A DNA stretch of 64,000 bases from Eledone cirrhosa (taxonomy: Eukaryota): the NCBI GenBank assembly GCA_964016885.1, contig OZ024740.1:194122001-194186000 (forward strand), given 5' to 3'. Shown one piece after another: positions 30,019-43,910 of the stretch (the first letter of the stretch is position 1; each line of letters opens with the position of its first letter). The notes under the pieces are model-generated. The model did not search any database and was not told the origin of the DNA. It saw only the letters and a program-made list of their open reading frames with translations. Both the position numbers and the translations under genes were made by a program.

Positions 30019-30082
<64 letters not shown>

Positions 30083-31349
30083 ATGCGTGTGTGTGTGTGT
30101 GGATGCGTGTGTGTGAATGTCTATGTGTGTGAATGTCTATGTGTGTTTATGTGTGTGTGTGTTGATGACAGTATCAAAGATAACAAGATATGGGCCGTTT
30201 GTTGTAACCTGAAGTACAATCAAACAGAAATACACACACACCATCTCTCTCAGTGTCACTTTCTCTATAACCAGGTTTCGTTGGATAATACTGGCTGGCA
30301 CTGTATAATAAATTACATACAGTTTTCTTTACGTAATTTCTAGATTGTAATTCAATTTACTCCATGGATAGAGTTTCGAGTGAAATATATTATTTAGATT
30401 CCATTTCCTCTTGGTTTCAACGCACAATTAAGATACTCCAGTAATAGTTTGTCTAATGTTCATAACTTGTATCATACAAGTACTATAGTTACTGTTCCGA
30501 TACAAGTATGGAACTAATAAATTCTGTACTCAAATGATTCAATATCATTTTCAACATAAGAGAATTGAGAAGTCTATAGAATAATGTATTATCGGTTAGA
30601 ATATGTCGCTAACAAATCTCTGTTACCAATTGAAAATATTACCATTTACTCATGTTCATTACACATCCGAGAAATTATGAAATTCACAGCTTCCCAATTC
30701 TATTGATTGTCATAACCGAACATGCCGTATAAGATGTTAAGTTATATATTACCGTGCGGAGAATAAAACCTTTATACCTTCTACATGTCAATTCTAAAAT
30801 AAACTAGAAATAACCTCTAGTATATCAGAATTCGTAGGCATGTGCGAATATATTCCAATATTGAACCATGTGTGGTCTGTTAACTTCGAAGAATAAGCAT
30901 ATTTGTCAATTGAATATTCTTATTTATTCTGACGTAATCAAACAGTAAATCATGTGAAGGCATTTAGAAATTTCAGTATCAGCCAAAGGATGTCTCTATT
31001 CGTTCACATTTGGAAACATAATTGAGAGTGAAAGACAAATAATAAGATTATACAAAGTATGAAAATTCCTCAGGTTTGTATAAAGGGATACATGCCCGTT
31101 GTATAAATATAAGTCCATACATACACATATATTTATATAAATGCATAAATGCATACTTAAATAAACATGTGTATGTGAGTGTGCGTGTGTGTTTATGTGA
31201 GTGTTTATGTCTGCATATGAATGTGGGTGGGTGTGTGTATGTGTGTGCGTGTTTTCCTGTGTGAGTCCAGAATGATTAATATAAAATGAATTGAATGAAA
31301 GGCATTGCCACAACAAGATATGTCATGAAGATTAATACTGACACATTCA

Positions 31350-31350
<1 letters not shown>

Positions 31351-31408
<58 letters not shown>

Positions 31409-31411
31409 ATG

Positions 31412-31459
<48 letters not shown>

Positions 31460-31491
31460 TATACATACATATGTATATATATACATTTATA

Positions 31492-31529
<38 letters not shown>

Positions 31530-31563
31530 TATATACATATATATATATACATATATATATGTT

Positions 31564-31594
<31 letters not shown>

Positions 31595-31695
31595 GTATAT
31601 ATCTATATGATATATATATCTGTATATATATATATGCATATATATAGTATTGTATATATATATATAAATACACATATACAATATATATACAAATA

Positions 31696-31726
<31 letters not shown>

Positions 31727-31862
31727 TTTTCAAGGCAAACCACAAACTCTCCATATCAATTATACTTTTGAAAAGTATAAGAACTATGAAAGAGGTAAAG
31801 GAAATAAATAATTATTCTTAAAAAGACTCCAGTTGCATTTTCGATTTCTTTTCCTTATATAA

Positions 31863-31918
<56 letters not shown>

Positions 31919-31945
31919 GTATATATACATATTACATATATATAA

Positions 31946-32017
<72 letters not shown>

Positions 32018-32047
32018 ATATATATATATAATATATCTACATATAAT

Positions 32048-32082
<35 letters not shown>

Positions 32083-32237
32083 CATATATATAAGTGTATA
32101 TATATATGCATATATATATATATATTATATGTATATATATATATATATGTGTGTATATATACATATATGTATATATATATATACGTACATATATATGTAT
32201 ATATACATATACATATATACATATATATATACATATG

Positions 32238-32269
<32 letters not shown>

Positions 32270-32285
32270 CACACATATATATATG

Positions 32286-32329
<44 letters not shown>

Positions 32330-32350
32330 TATATATATATATATATACAG
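31351..32350. repeat. (TA)n-rich microsatellite blocks
   Basis: Seen directly (two blocks separated by about 150 bp). Confidence 0.95.
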
Positions 32351-33361
32351 AAACACACCCACTTATAAATGTGACTATGAATATGTCGTGTGCGATCAGA
32401 ATGCACACAAATTAAAGATTGCATTTTCACTGTGAAGCAATCTGAATTATGCAGAAGCAGCATTTATATTAGGAACTCTACTCCCCCTAGAAAGCATTTA
32501 TGCAAGAAAATGCCAGCCTTGGAAATAGACATTGCGGGACAAATAAAATAAAAGTAATTTGAAAATGTGCAATATCTGCTGCATTGTTATTTCGGTTCTA
32601 AATGAAATAATATAATTGCTGTCGATTTGCTTTGTAGCTTACGTGCTTCTGTTTTCTTGTGTGGATTTGGTGCTCAACGTTTTATTGTTTGGTTTGTTTT
32701 TTTGTTTGGTTTGGTTTTTTTTTGGTTTTTTTTCTTTTGTTCTTTTTTGGTTTTTGTTTTTATTCGTTTGGTTCAGTTATATTGGTCTTATTTTTATTTA
32801 TTAATTTATTATTGTCGAAGAAATCTAATTCTGCAACCCTTTCCTTTTTTTAATAAAATCACCACAGAAGAACAACAAGAAATAATTCGACCGTTTACTT
32901 TGCTGGAATGCGTCAACCATATACATGATCTTTGTTCCCTTAGAATGGGGAACGTAATACTTTTCAGCTAGCTAACCTGTGTCTTTTATAGAAAGAAAAA
33001 ACAAAGATAAAAGACAACTCTGCAGCTTTTTTTTTTCCTTCTCGAGAATCCTTTTACAAAGAAATTGAATTATTGATGGGTGAAGTCTGCGATTTCATAG
33101 AAACAGTTTTATTAACATATTGTCGGTAAGATCGTAAAATAATTCGATACGAAAATGCAAGTCACCGTAGCCAAGAAAACACAATTAGGAAAATGCACAC
33201 ATAATATACTGCGCAAATTAAATGTACATACATTAATGTGTGTGTGTATATAAGTATTGAAAAGTGTCACATACTAGCATACACACACATATATATATAT
33301 ATATTGTCACCATTCTTTATACACAAGCCCACATACACACACACACACGCACACACACACA

Positions 33362-33454
<93 letters not shown>

Positions 33455-33458
33455 ATGC

Positions 33459-33489
<31 letters not shown>

Positions 33490-33491
<2 letters not shown>

Positions 33492-33900
33492 CACCATCAT
33501 GTCCGCTCAATCTGTTGGCAGGTGTTGAACGGGTTTACATAGACAAAATCAATACTGAATCAGAGCTATAGACATCTCAGACAGGCTGGGGTCTGCATCT
33601 CAATTATTTACAGTCCAACATTTTACCACATACACAGGAGAGGTTGGCAGAACTGAAGGATTCTTCCAACCATTTTATTTTGCAAGCTTTCTACGACTGG
33701 ATGCCCTTCCTACCAACACATAATAACTTATACTGGATGCGTTTATGATTTATATCACCAACACTAGAGAATTTGCTGCGCCGAGGCACAAATAAATGGT
33801 CAATCACCCTTTTTTAAGCATGGTTTCTGCAGCAGCGTACCCCCCTGTTGACAACCAGATTACAGGGTGTACCGGGTGCAATTTTGAGGGTCGTGTTGGT
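33490..33900 (-). mobile_element. Decayed SINE / RTE-tail repeat
   Basis: Motif ttctacgactggatgcccttcc (degenerate repeats downstream) and a catcat-like tail, as in RTE-associated SINEs. Confidence 0.45.
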
Positions 33901-34214
33901 GGTTGTGAAGGAGTGGATGGTTTGGTCAATAATGCTGGGTAAGGGTGGGGACACTCACCAGTGCCGGATAGAGGAGATGTAATGATGGAGAAAATAGTAA
34001 AAGAGTGATAGTGGAGGGAACATGAGTGGGGTGCATTGGGATGAAGAGAGTAGCTACTAGGGTGCGATAGTGAAGGTATATAAAGGCCTTTTATGGGCAG
34101 TAGCTAAGGATTGAATACTGAAGGGAACACAGATTGGGTAGACGTATGTAGTGATGGTGAGGATAGCTGCTCGATAGGTATAGTGGATTTGGGACGGGGG
34201 ATGCGGTATCTTTC

Positions 34215-34790
34215 ATGTCAGATTTATGTTGTTTGCCGGCTCTTCACCAGCACAATATAACGCCTATCATCGCGGTCCTTTGTTATCAGTGTCGTGGTTT
34301 AGTTTTATATGGTTGGTCTTCTCAACCTCTTACCAAGTCTAGCTGCGTTTGTCTCTTCTCTGCAATTGCTCATACTGCTGTTAAATTCCATACACATCAC
34401 ATGTCTATACCAATGTAGTGTTCTCTCTTGCACACTTCATAAAATTTCTCTCATGCCAATTTTTCCCCCAGTCTTCCTTATGCTACGTCGTTTATACACA
34501 TTAAAATTACAGATCCATCGAAGCATACTCAATTCATTTGTTCCCAGCTTTCGCAGTTTTTCTGCGGCCAAGACCCATGTTTCAATGCCATGTAGCATTG
34601 CAGTTCGCACACAGACATCATACAATCTGCCCTGCACTCTGAGAGAAAGGCTCTTTGTTGTCAGCAGAGGTAACAGCTCTCTAAACTTCTTCATGTCTGT
34701 TGTTATCTTAGTTATTACACTTTCAGAGAATCCTCTCCCACTAAGAATTTGGTTACCTACGTAACATGAGCTGTCAACAACTTCTAAGGA
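34215..34790 (-). mobile_element. RTE-clade LINE C-terminal fragment
   Basis: KKFRELLPLLTTKSLSLRVQGRLYDVCVRTAMLHGIETW..NELSMLRWICN, typical post-RT region of RTE elements. Confidence 0.8.
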
Positions 34791-34934
34791 GACTCACAAA
34801 TGTATTCATTTCACAAAGACAATTATTTGAAGTTTCTTTTTAAAATATCTATAACGATTCGTATGGGTTGTCTATATACATAGGTCTACTTGCTGAAGAC
34901 TGTTCTGGGGCTAACCAATAATCAAATTACATTA

Positions 34935-34981
<47 letters not shown>

Positions 34982-35145
34982 AAACAATGTTCACTCTACA
35001 TGGCTGAATACAATAAATGTAATCTTTGTTTTTCGAATATTAATTACATTTGATTCGTTTGCAATTATGAAAACAAGCCTCATTATTAAAGCTATGTCAG
35101 TAGAATGAACCCTTTGTTCTTGCTCTTGTGTTGGCATGTAAACAG

Positions 35146-35193
35146 AACTGCAGACACTAATGTTTCTGAGTATCACCTTTCATCAGTACAGCT
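35146..35193 (-). ncRNA. Hammerhead ribozyme (type I), core intact
   Basis: agctgta-CTGATGA-aaggtgatactca-GAAA-ca(ttag)tg-TC-tgcagtt. Confidence 0.78.
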
Positions 35194-35787
35194 CACTCTT
35201 CACCTGCCAACTGTTAGAGCTAGTGAAAATATGTTATTTTCTAAAATATACAGTGACTAATCGGCCTGATTTACATATTAGCAGACTGGCTGATCAGTCA
35301 GATCTGCGTATATGCAGGTCCACTGATCAGTCAGACTTGCATATCAGCAGTCTGGCCAGCCAGTTTCCTGTATAGAAACATCAGTGTCTGCAGTTCTGTT
35401 TACAGGCCAACACAAGTACAAGAATGAAGGATTCATTCTACTGACATGGCTTTAAAAATGAGACTTGTTTGCATAATTACAAAGGAATCGAATGTTATAA
35501 TTAATATTCGAAAACCTCAGATTACATTTATTGTATGCAGCCATGTGGAGCGAAAAAAAAGTTTTTTAATTTGAATGTAGTTAAGCCGGACATTTATCGC
35601 TCGTATACAGGAAACTGACTGGCCAGACTGCTGATATGCAAATCTGGCTCATCAGTGGACCTGCTAATATGCAGATCTGACTGATCAGCCAGTCTGCTAG
35701 TATGTAAATCAGGCCGATCAGTCACTGTATATTTTAGAAAATAGCATATATTTTCACTAGCTCTGACAGTTTGGCAGATGAACATTT

Positions 35788-35835
35788 AGCTGTACTGATG
35801 AAGGGTGATACTCAGAAACATTAGTGTCTGCAGTT
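35788..35835 (+). ncRNA. Hammerhead ribozyme (type I), core intact, GUC site
   Basis: agctgta-CTGATGA-a-gggt(gat)actc-a-GAAA-ca(ttag)tg-TC-tgcagtt: 7-bp stem I and 3-bp stem III. Confidence 0.83.
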
Positions 35836-35986
35836 CTGTTTACATGCCAACAAAAGAGCAAGAATGGGGTGTTCATTCTACTGACATGGCTTTAAAAATT
35901 AGGCTTGTTTGCATAAGTGCAAACGAATCGAATGTTATTATTAATATTCGAAAAACTCAGATTACATTTATATATATATATATATA

Positions 35987-37240
35987 CTCATTAGTTAAGC
36001 AAAACAAGACCACAAATTTCACAAGGAAGACATTATTAAAATATTGTCAACATATTTTAGTTTGATGTAAGGAATGTATAGAATAATAATAATAATATTA
36101 ATAATAATAATGTCCGTTTACAATTGTTTCGCTACTCCATATAATATTTCTGGATCAAATGACTATATATCATTATTGATCTGGTTCAGTTGAAAATAAT
36201 TAACATAGTTAAAGACAGAGCGGCTCATCGGAACTTCAAAAGAATATAAATTAAAATAAGGAAAGAATGTTACATAATGTAATGTTCCATATATTGGTAT
36301 TTCACTATGGTGTCCTGGGTGTATTAATTGTCTGCCATAATCAAGCAGTATTCTTCTGTCGAGGCTGCATTGTGTGAGATCTGTTTATGGGTAACAAGAT
36401 GGCCGCCAATGGACATATTTACCTTACTAATTAGAGGGTGGTTTCAGAGAAGTAACTCCTCGAGAGATTAGAAATTGTGGGTAGTTTATATTTAAGTGCT
36501 AATTTTTAAATGTTTTAATTGAGAGACAATGTAGGGGAGGTAACTCATAATTATCTAAGTTAGTTATAGCTATTTAACTTTTTAGCTACAAGTAAAAATG
36601 GGGCTAGATGACTATGTTGGGTCAAATATTCTGTTCGCGAAGAAATTAGCCCTTCGATGTTGACAACTAATAGTTACCTCCGTTCTATAGTTAATCGGTA
36701 GAGGTCGTGATAGAGTTATGTAATATGCTTCGGTAATACAGAGATCACAAGATTTTCTTCGTCCATTGAACGATTGGGCCCTAGCTAAGATATCCCATGT
36801 TAGTGAGTGTTCAATGTTGGTTAATTTAAGGTTTTTAATGAGCCTAGCTAGAGATGTCGAACATCTGCTGTTAAGGTCTCGGAAGGAAAAAGAGTGCGCG
36901 TTATGGCGTACCTTAAAATAGTTAGAGGTAGACCCGATATAGGAGCTGGTATTCGAAGCAGTTTTAACCGTGCAACTATAGACTATGTTGGATGTCAGAC
37001 AGTCTCCATTTAGTGGTCATGCATTAGGGTAACGGCAGTTGCAGTTGCTTCTGCGGTTAGTGAGAGTAGGGTAGTTTAACCTAAGCGGTTGGTCAGTGTT
37101 AGAAGGATTAGATGGGGGAGGTGTGATACTAGAGTAAGTATTGGTGTAGTGGCGTGGTGTATTTGATAGGGCTGGTGGTACTGCGGTGTGGGAGTTATAC
37201 TGTCTTAGTTTAAGATGGTTACTGAATGCGATGTGGCTAG
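35987..37240 (-). mobile_element. PLE 3' fragment (Hydra-clade-like GIY-YIG endonuclease plus 3' UTR), family B
   Basis: CNCRYPNA*PLNGDC, NIVYSCTV..YIGSTSNYFKVRHNAH, WDILARA, CDLCITE, SCQHRR. The frame 36615-37016 is open but not called in the track because it lacks a start codon. Homologue at 45097-46545. Confidence 0.88.
36116..36235 (-). ncRNA. Hammerhead motif with greatly extended stem II
   Basis: gtt-CCGATGA-gccgctc(long insert)gagtagc-GAAA-caattg-TA-aac. Sister copy at 45412-45537. Confidence 0.62.
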
Positions 37241-37369
37241 CTTTCCACTGCATATTGCACATTGAGCACATGCCTTTACGCTTTGGCTTCTAACTAATTC
37301 ACCAATCTCTCCTCTCCTATCTCCTCTCCTGTCTCCATCTCTCTCTTTAAGATTGGTTACTCTTGAACT

Positions 37370-37372
37370 GTG

Positions 37373-37447
<75 letters not shown>

Positions 37448-37448
37448 G

Positions 37449-37537
<89 letters not shown>

Positions 37538-37583
37538 ATATATATATATTTATGTATGTATGTATGTATATATATATATATTA

Positions 37584-37662
<79 letters not shown>

Positions 37663-37730
37663 ATATATATATATTTATGTATGTATGTATGTATATATAT
37701 ATATATTATATATATATGTATGTATGTATG

Positions 37731-37776
<46 letters not shown>
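37370..37776. repeat. (TA)n/(TATG)n microsatellite
   Basis: Seen directly. Confidence 0.97.
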
Positions 37777-37777
<1 letters not shown>

Positions 37778-40700
37778 AAAGAACATTGCTTCTCTTCAAT
37801 TCGTTTGCAGTATGAATATCTTTTATCTATTCCCGAGCCGTTTTACCTAGTACCAACATCTCATGATACAATATACGTTCGTTTCTTTCTTTATTGACAA
37901 GTGTCTCATCCAAATTGATTTTAAATCGGAAATATAACTTGTATCCAATCCCATACGTTATTTCCACCAATCGTATATAGTTAATAATTGTAATATATGT
38001 ATTTTCCTGTATTCTCTCTCGCAATACGTTACCTTCTTCCGGGGCCTTCTCTACCAGCCAATTTTATAAGTATATATAGCAATATAAAGCACTTCAGACA
38101 ATTGGTTTCAAATATTTCACAAGGCCAGTTTCGGTAAAGGTAGAGAATTGTCGTATGTTAATTACCATATTTAGACACATACTACACAACTCAATCCCAA
38201 TTAGTAACAGTACATTTCTAAACAAAATATCCTATCACAAGATTCCAGTAAATGTCAATGAAAATAATGCTTAAAGCACTATATGTACATATATTTCTGA
38301 AATATATTAAAATCAATAACAAGGCCATCTCAAGTGGAGATTTCGTTCAATGAAAGTATTGTTAAGAAACATATGAATGAATAAAACAATAAGCAGAGCT
38401 ATAAAAGCCATCTCGGCCTATAGACCGATGGGAGATGGTTGTTTCATGTATGTGCAATCAATTCAATAGCCTGAACAACTTCCTAATCTGCGCACATCGG
38501 CTTGCTGAGAGTCAACGTGTAAGAAATTGAATTTAATTATATATATTTTAGTATCAATGATCCTATTAGTGATGAACAGGCTATTCGCAAACTTTTCGTC
38601 TGGTCGCATTACTAATACTCTGCTTTCAATATGAAGGTGCTAAATATCTACTGTTTCATGTGTCTGTTGCCTCATAACAATACCTGATGCAAACTAACCT
38701 CAGTAGTTTAATATTTGGACCAATGTAAAAAATATCCAAACGACTGTTCTGAGATCACTGATCCAGTACAATTTATAATGTTGATATCAAAAATGAAAGC
38801 TTTTGACCGATATATGTAAATATTGTAGTTTTCTGTTATTAGACGTTCCTAAGATAATATGGTAGTTTCAGAATCATAAGATATATGTCCTTAAATTTAC
38901 CACGGAATGGGTGACAGATACCTTCCGTCTTTCCAAGCACCCATTTATCTATATCTCAAGATGTAAAAGATAATTGCATCTGTATATTATAGTGGCTCTA
39001 ATTCACAGATTACCTTTGCTTCGTATGCTGAAATATTTTTCCCTTGCATTCTATTACAAGGTCATGATAAAGTCCTGCTTGAAATATTAATATTTGGTAA
39101 TAAGGAGGAAGTGTGTAAAATGTTGAATAAATATCAATAGATCAAAGAACGTGTTGTCAAGTTTCTTTTAAAAACATGTGTCTCAATTCACGTAGCTAGA
39201 CAAAATAACAGTAATGATTTTTGTGACACTTAAATTGCCTTAAATAATTTATTTACAATATAGCCATTACTTTCTATCACTGATGAGAAATTACTGTAAC
39301 TGCATTTCCTCTATTAAGAATTTGCTGACGAAAAACATATAAATCTTTAATTTAAGAATGCTATTAAAGTATTATCGTGCATGGTTCATTAAGCTGAAGA
39401 CACTGAACAAGATGCCAGTAAATAATATCAAAGATAATTTATTTTTATCGCAGTCGAATAATATGAAATCGTACTAACTTTCCGTTAATAGAGTACTTAA
39501 GAAGGTCTTTTCACTAATAAACCTGAGATACTGCAAATACCTTTGATTGAACTTATAAAACAGGGAATGAAAACTTGAAGATTGGTAGATTACAAACACC
39601 TGGTGTACGTTTTCATTTTGTACCTGTACGTGTTTTCGTTATTCCATATTTAAACTTTAGAAACACACATGCTTTAACTCCTCAATGATTATTTCCTTAT
39701 ATAAATAATCTAAAGATCAAATGCCTTTAAAATTCCTTTCATGAAACTTATATAAAATTATTTGATAATAATAGTAGGGTGTTACCAGTTTCATCAACAT
39801 TAGCAATTTCTTAGCAATCTTGTTAATCCATTCTCCTTTATAATGTTATATTTGTCTATATAGTCGTAATTTTTAATTTCAACGTGTTGCTTAATTAATC
39901 ACTGCTCTTATTACTCTAAGTACATCGAATATTTCTTTTTAATTGCATAGTTACTGATATCTAAATACGTTTCTGTTTCTTTAATTATGAAATACTGCTT
40001 TAGACATCAAATATAAGGCATAATAAACGTAATAGCAAAGTTGAATTAAATGTTGCCACATTGATCAAACTTCTATTTTGATTTAGCTTTCAACAATCTA
40101 AAATTAATGTCTGAATTCTTTTCCTCACCCTCAGCAATCAGCAATACAGGTAATTAATGAATGGTTAAAGTAATCATTTGAACACAGCATTGTACATTGA
40201 ACTAAATCATTATGGAATAGAGATATATACAGCTACATATAATCAAACATGCATATACACATAAGTACAGACCGACAAACACGCATACAAAAACATATAT
40301 ATGTATGTCTTTATATATGTATATAAATATATATATATATGTGAGGGTGAGTGTGTGTGTGTGTGTGTGTATGTGTGTGTCTGTGTACGTGTGTGGGCTG
40401 CGTATGTGTATCTGTTAGTGTGTAAAACCGCATTTTAAATGCATTTTTAGGCTTCTTTAAGGCGTAACTTAAAGATAATCCAGCTGATTCCTTCGTAATT
40501 TGCAGCACATATTAGTTAGTCCCCTTGCATTGCTGTGGACGAAAACAATTTCCGATTTCATTAATGGTTTCTAGGAAATTTACAAATTAGTATTGGGCAT
40601 TACATGCCATTTTCCTTTTCAATATAAACGCTAATTAAACATCATGAGTAGCGCATAATATTTCGTTAAAAATTTGGTTTATTCAATAGAGGACACAACA

Positions 40701-41374
40701 CTTACTTACTTTTAAGCCGGACCATTTTCGGGGGATTGATGAAGTGAGGAGGAGCTTAAAATTTGTGTCGGCCCCCTGTTGACGTTTCGTGCTTTCATCA
40801 CGCGCAAATCTAGGCCCTGTGTACGTTGATGTGTTATTGACACCGTAAAACTCACGTCTGTGCTACTTCTACTAAGACCCCTTTTGTGGCACCTCACTGC
40901 AGTATGAACGCCCTGCGCAAGTTCGCCGAACAGTGGTTGTGTTAATTCCGCGGTGACCCCTTTTGTTGCACCCTTGTTGCTGTGTAAATGCATTGCAGCC
41001 AGTGCAGCCTTCCGTTTGTGCTAATTGCACTATGACCCCCTACTGCTACTGTTGCGTTGCCACGCTGATCTCCACATCTCAATATCCCTACTTAAACGTA
41101 CATCCCTACTTGGTTTTCACACGTCGCTCCTTCAGACTGACGTGTGTTCCCCATCCGTGATGTAATTTGTGAACAGACTTACGACATACATCGCCCCACA
41201 ACACTTACTACTTTGGCATACAGGATTTCCGCTATAAGCCCACTGATACTATTGGATTCAGCCTGCTAGTGTTCTACGTTTCCAGTAGATGAACAATCAT
41301 GAGAATAAGGGAATTCAAAAAGTACACAGCCACACTCCTCAATCTTTGCATATGGGTGTTGTTATTTCGCCTAT

Positions 41375-41408
41375 CCTACCCTGTGCAACGCCGGGACCTG
41401 CTGCTAGT
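41375..41408 (+). mobile_element. Possible Helitron 3' terminus
   Basis: cctgtgcaacgccgggacctgctgCTAGt: GC-rich element followed by CTAG|T. Confidence 0.4.
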
Positions 41409-41827
41409 GCCTTATATTTGAGGCCTAAAGCAGTATTTCATAATTAAAGAAACAGAAGCGTATTTAGATATCGGTAACTATGCAGTTAAAAAGAAATATT
41501 CGATGTACTTAGAGTAACAAGTAATTAAGCAACACGTTGAAATTAAAAATTACGACTATATAAAAAAATATAACAGTATAAAGGAGAATGGATTAACAAG
41601 ACCAGAATATGCTAAGAAATTGCTAATGTTGAAGAAACTGGTAACACCCATACGTTTATTATGAAATAATTTCATATAAGTTTCATGAAAGGAATTTGAA
41701 GGGCATTTGATCATTAGATTATTTATATAAGGAAATAATCCTTGAGGAGTTGAAGCATGTGTGTTTCTAAAGTTTAAAAATAAAATAACGAATACTCGTA
41801 AAGATACATGTATATATATATATGTAT

Positions 41828-42600
41828 AATAAATTTGAAGACTAAAATCCAAAGAAGGCTCGATAAGGATAAATATATATCACATATATAAGAACCGTAG
41901 AGCATATATTTATTAAAATAACAGATTAAAGTTTAAGCAAAGAATCGCTCCTTTCATCCTTAACGGGATCTTCTGTAACTAACAAAGTCAATCTGTGAAC
42001 GCAGAAATGAATATTTAAAAAACGTTGCAACCGGAGGAAGACAGGAAGACGATACTTTGGTTCGTGGAAACGTTCCCTGGCAAAGAACGGAAAAAAACGA
42101 ATATAATACGTCATTATTTGGAGCGATGAAAAACAATTACACGCAAAGACAAAACCACGTTTATGGTATAAAAGAAGTCGTAGACTAATATTCTATTAGG
42201 TGGTTCATAGAGACGTTCTCTGGCAATGAACGGAAAAAACGAAGAAAAGGGTCATATGTGGAGCGGGGAGACAATAGCACGCGAAGACAAAACTACGTAA
42301 ATGGTATAAAAGTCGTAGACAAGAATTCTAACTAGGAAACCGAATGATTCTCGGCTTCAGAGTTAAGAATAAAGTAAATAAAATACAGAGGTAATTGAAA
42401 TTAAATAAATACATACACGCATCCATAAACGTACATACACAAGCATACGCGAAAACACTCACCATAGGTATACAAATACACGCACGTACACAAAAAACAA
42501 CAACAACAAAAAACGCACGCAATGACAGAACCCACGCAACGCCTGTACCCGCACGCATACGAATTTATACATCAAGTACACATACAAATATATATAAAAA

Positions 42601-42631
<31 letters not shown>

Positions 42632-43437
42632 CGTGTATACATATAATTAAATAAACGTATATAAATAAATAAATACGTATATAATAAGCGCACACACATA
42701 CCTACATGAAAATACACATATGTCTTCAAATCTATTATTATTACTATTTGGCTCCCTCGCTTAAGCTCTCTATTGACTTATATTCATCATGCAAAACAAC
42801 ATCTGAATATTTCTAGAAAGAACATACCCGTACCAAGCAGGAAAGCATACCTAAAACTCCTGATACAGAAAACAGACGCGTTTATTAAAAGGTTGCGTTG
42901 GCGTGCCTTTTATTTCGATAATCAGGAAAAAGCAGACAACAAACAGAATAAAGTTTGGTTTAAAACCTATAATAACCCTCCGAGTAACCCAGCATTGCTA
43001 CCCTTCGAAAACGATGTCTTGGAACTCATACGGAGTATCAAATTTCGGAATAGGAGCAATTCCTTCCAGAAGGGCCTGAAGAATAGAATTCGTTCTATTA
43101 AGGATTCTAAAGCCGTGCACGTCCATTCCGATAAAATTGGCAATCTATATCAAGTGGAACGCAGTACTTACCATCAACTGCTACATAATGCTGTAACTAA
43201 GGATTACCGTAAAACTAATCGGAGCGTCATTAATGAAATCAACGATGCTGGGTTTAAAATCACCTCTGATCTCAACATCCTGGACCGGACTGAACCTCTG
43301 GACCTATTTCTCTCCCCTTTACATTGAAGAATCACAAATCCAATTTTCCGAACAACCCCTCTATTCGGCTTATTAACCCTACGAAATCCGATTTAGGTAG
43401 ACTTAGTAAAAGGATTCTTGATAGAATTATACCTGAA
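41828..43437 (+). mobile_element. PLE family A: inverted pLTR (41828-42700) followed by ORF N-terminus, 3'-truncated
   Basis: RKNIPVPSRKAYLKLLIQKTDAFIKRLRWRAFYF, LLPFENDV, SDKIGNLY, then LKNHKSNFPNNPSIRLINPTKSDLGRLSKRILD. Variant HHR at 41930-41980 (-). Confidence 0.88.
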
Positions 43438-43461
43438 ATCCGTACCACTGTGCTACCATTT

Positions 43462-43530
43462 ACACTGGTGTAAATGGTATCACAGTGGTCCGGATAACCA
43501 AAGATGTGGGTTCGACTCCCATGTACATCA
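43462..43530 (+). other. tRNA-like sequence (SINE head or pseudo-tRNA) with an inverted copy of its 5' half
   Basis: A box tggtgtaaatgg; anticodon-like arm tggt(ccggata)acca; T arm gtggg(ttcgact)cccat; no acceptor stem. Hairpin at 43438-43495. Confidence 0.55.
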
Positions 43531-43800
43531 ATACTCATCTTTTTCCATTTCTCCGAAGGTTCTTGACCCCACTATCAGGCTAAATAATTTCTTTAATTTC
43601 TTTAGTCAAAATACGGCGATATCTTACATTTCTAATAATTTCAAACCCACTCGCTGTTTCAAAAATATTCTTACTTGATATATGTATATATATATATATA
43701 TGTATATATATAGGAGAAAGTATGACCCACTCAACTACCCTAATTATTGAGTACTCTGGTGCGTTACGGTCCATCTGGTTCCTTACCACAACTCCTCCGT

Positions 43801-43854
<54 letters not shown>

Positions 43855-43869
43855 CACAGAGATATTCAC

Positions 43870-43903
<34 letters not shown>

Positions 43904-43910
<7 letters not shown>

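Larger units (their letters stand above)
34985..35970. mobile_element. ORF-less HHR-bearing element: inverted copy plus partial tandem 441-bp unit (retrozyme-like)
   Basis: 34985-35373 is the reverse complement of the unit seen on + at 35374-35970. GAAAC-to-GAAAC period is 441 bp. Three sub-repeats of about 33 bp. (TA)n on both sides. Confidence 0.85.

Noticed and set aside
35200-35740. Roughly 33-bp repeats as a CRISPR array
   Set aside because: Eukaryotic context, contiguous degenerate repeats without unique spacers, no cas genes.
40700-41330. GC-richer segment with a (taag)n-like end as a LINE fragment or gene
   Set aside because: Probably a decayed retroelement, but no motif was clear enough to call.
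43462-43530. Functional tRNA gene
   Set aside because: No acceptor stem, no U33 in the anticodon loop; treated as a tRNA-derived repeat.
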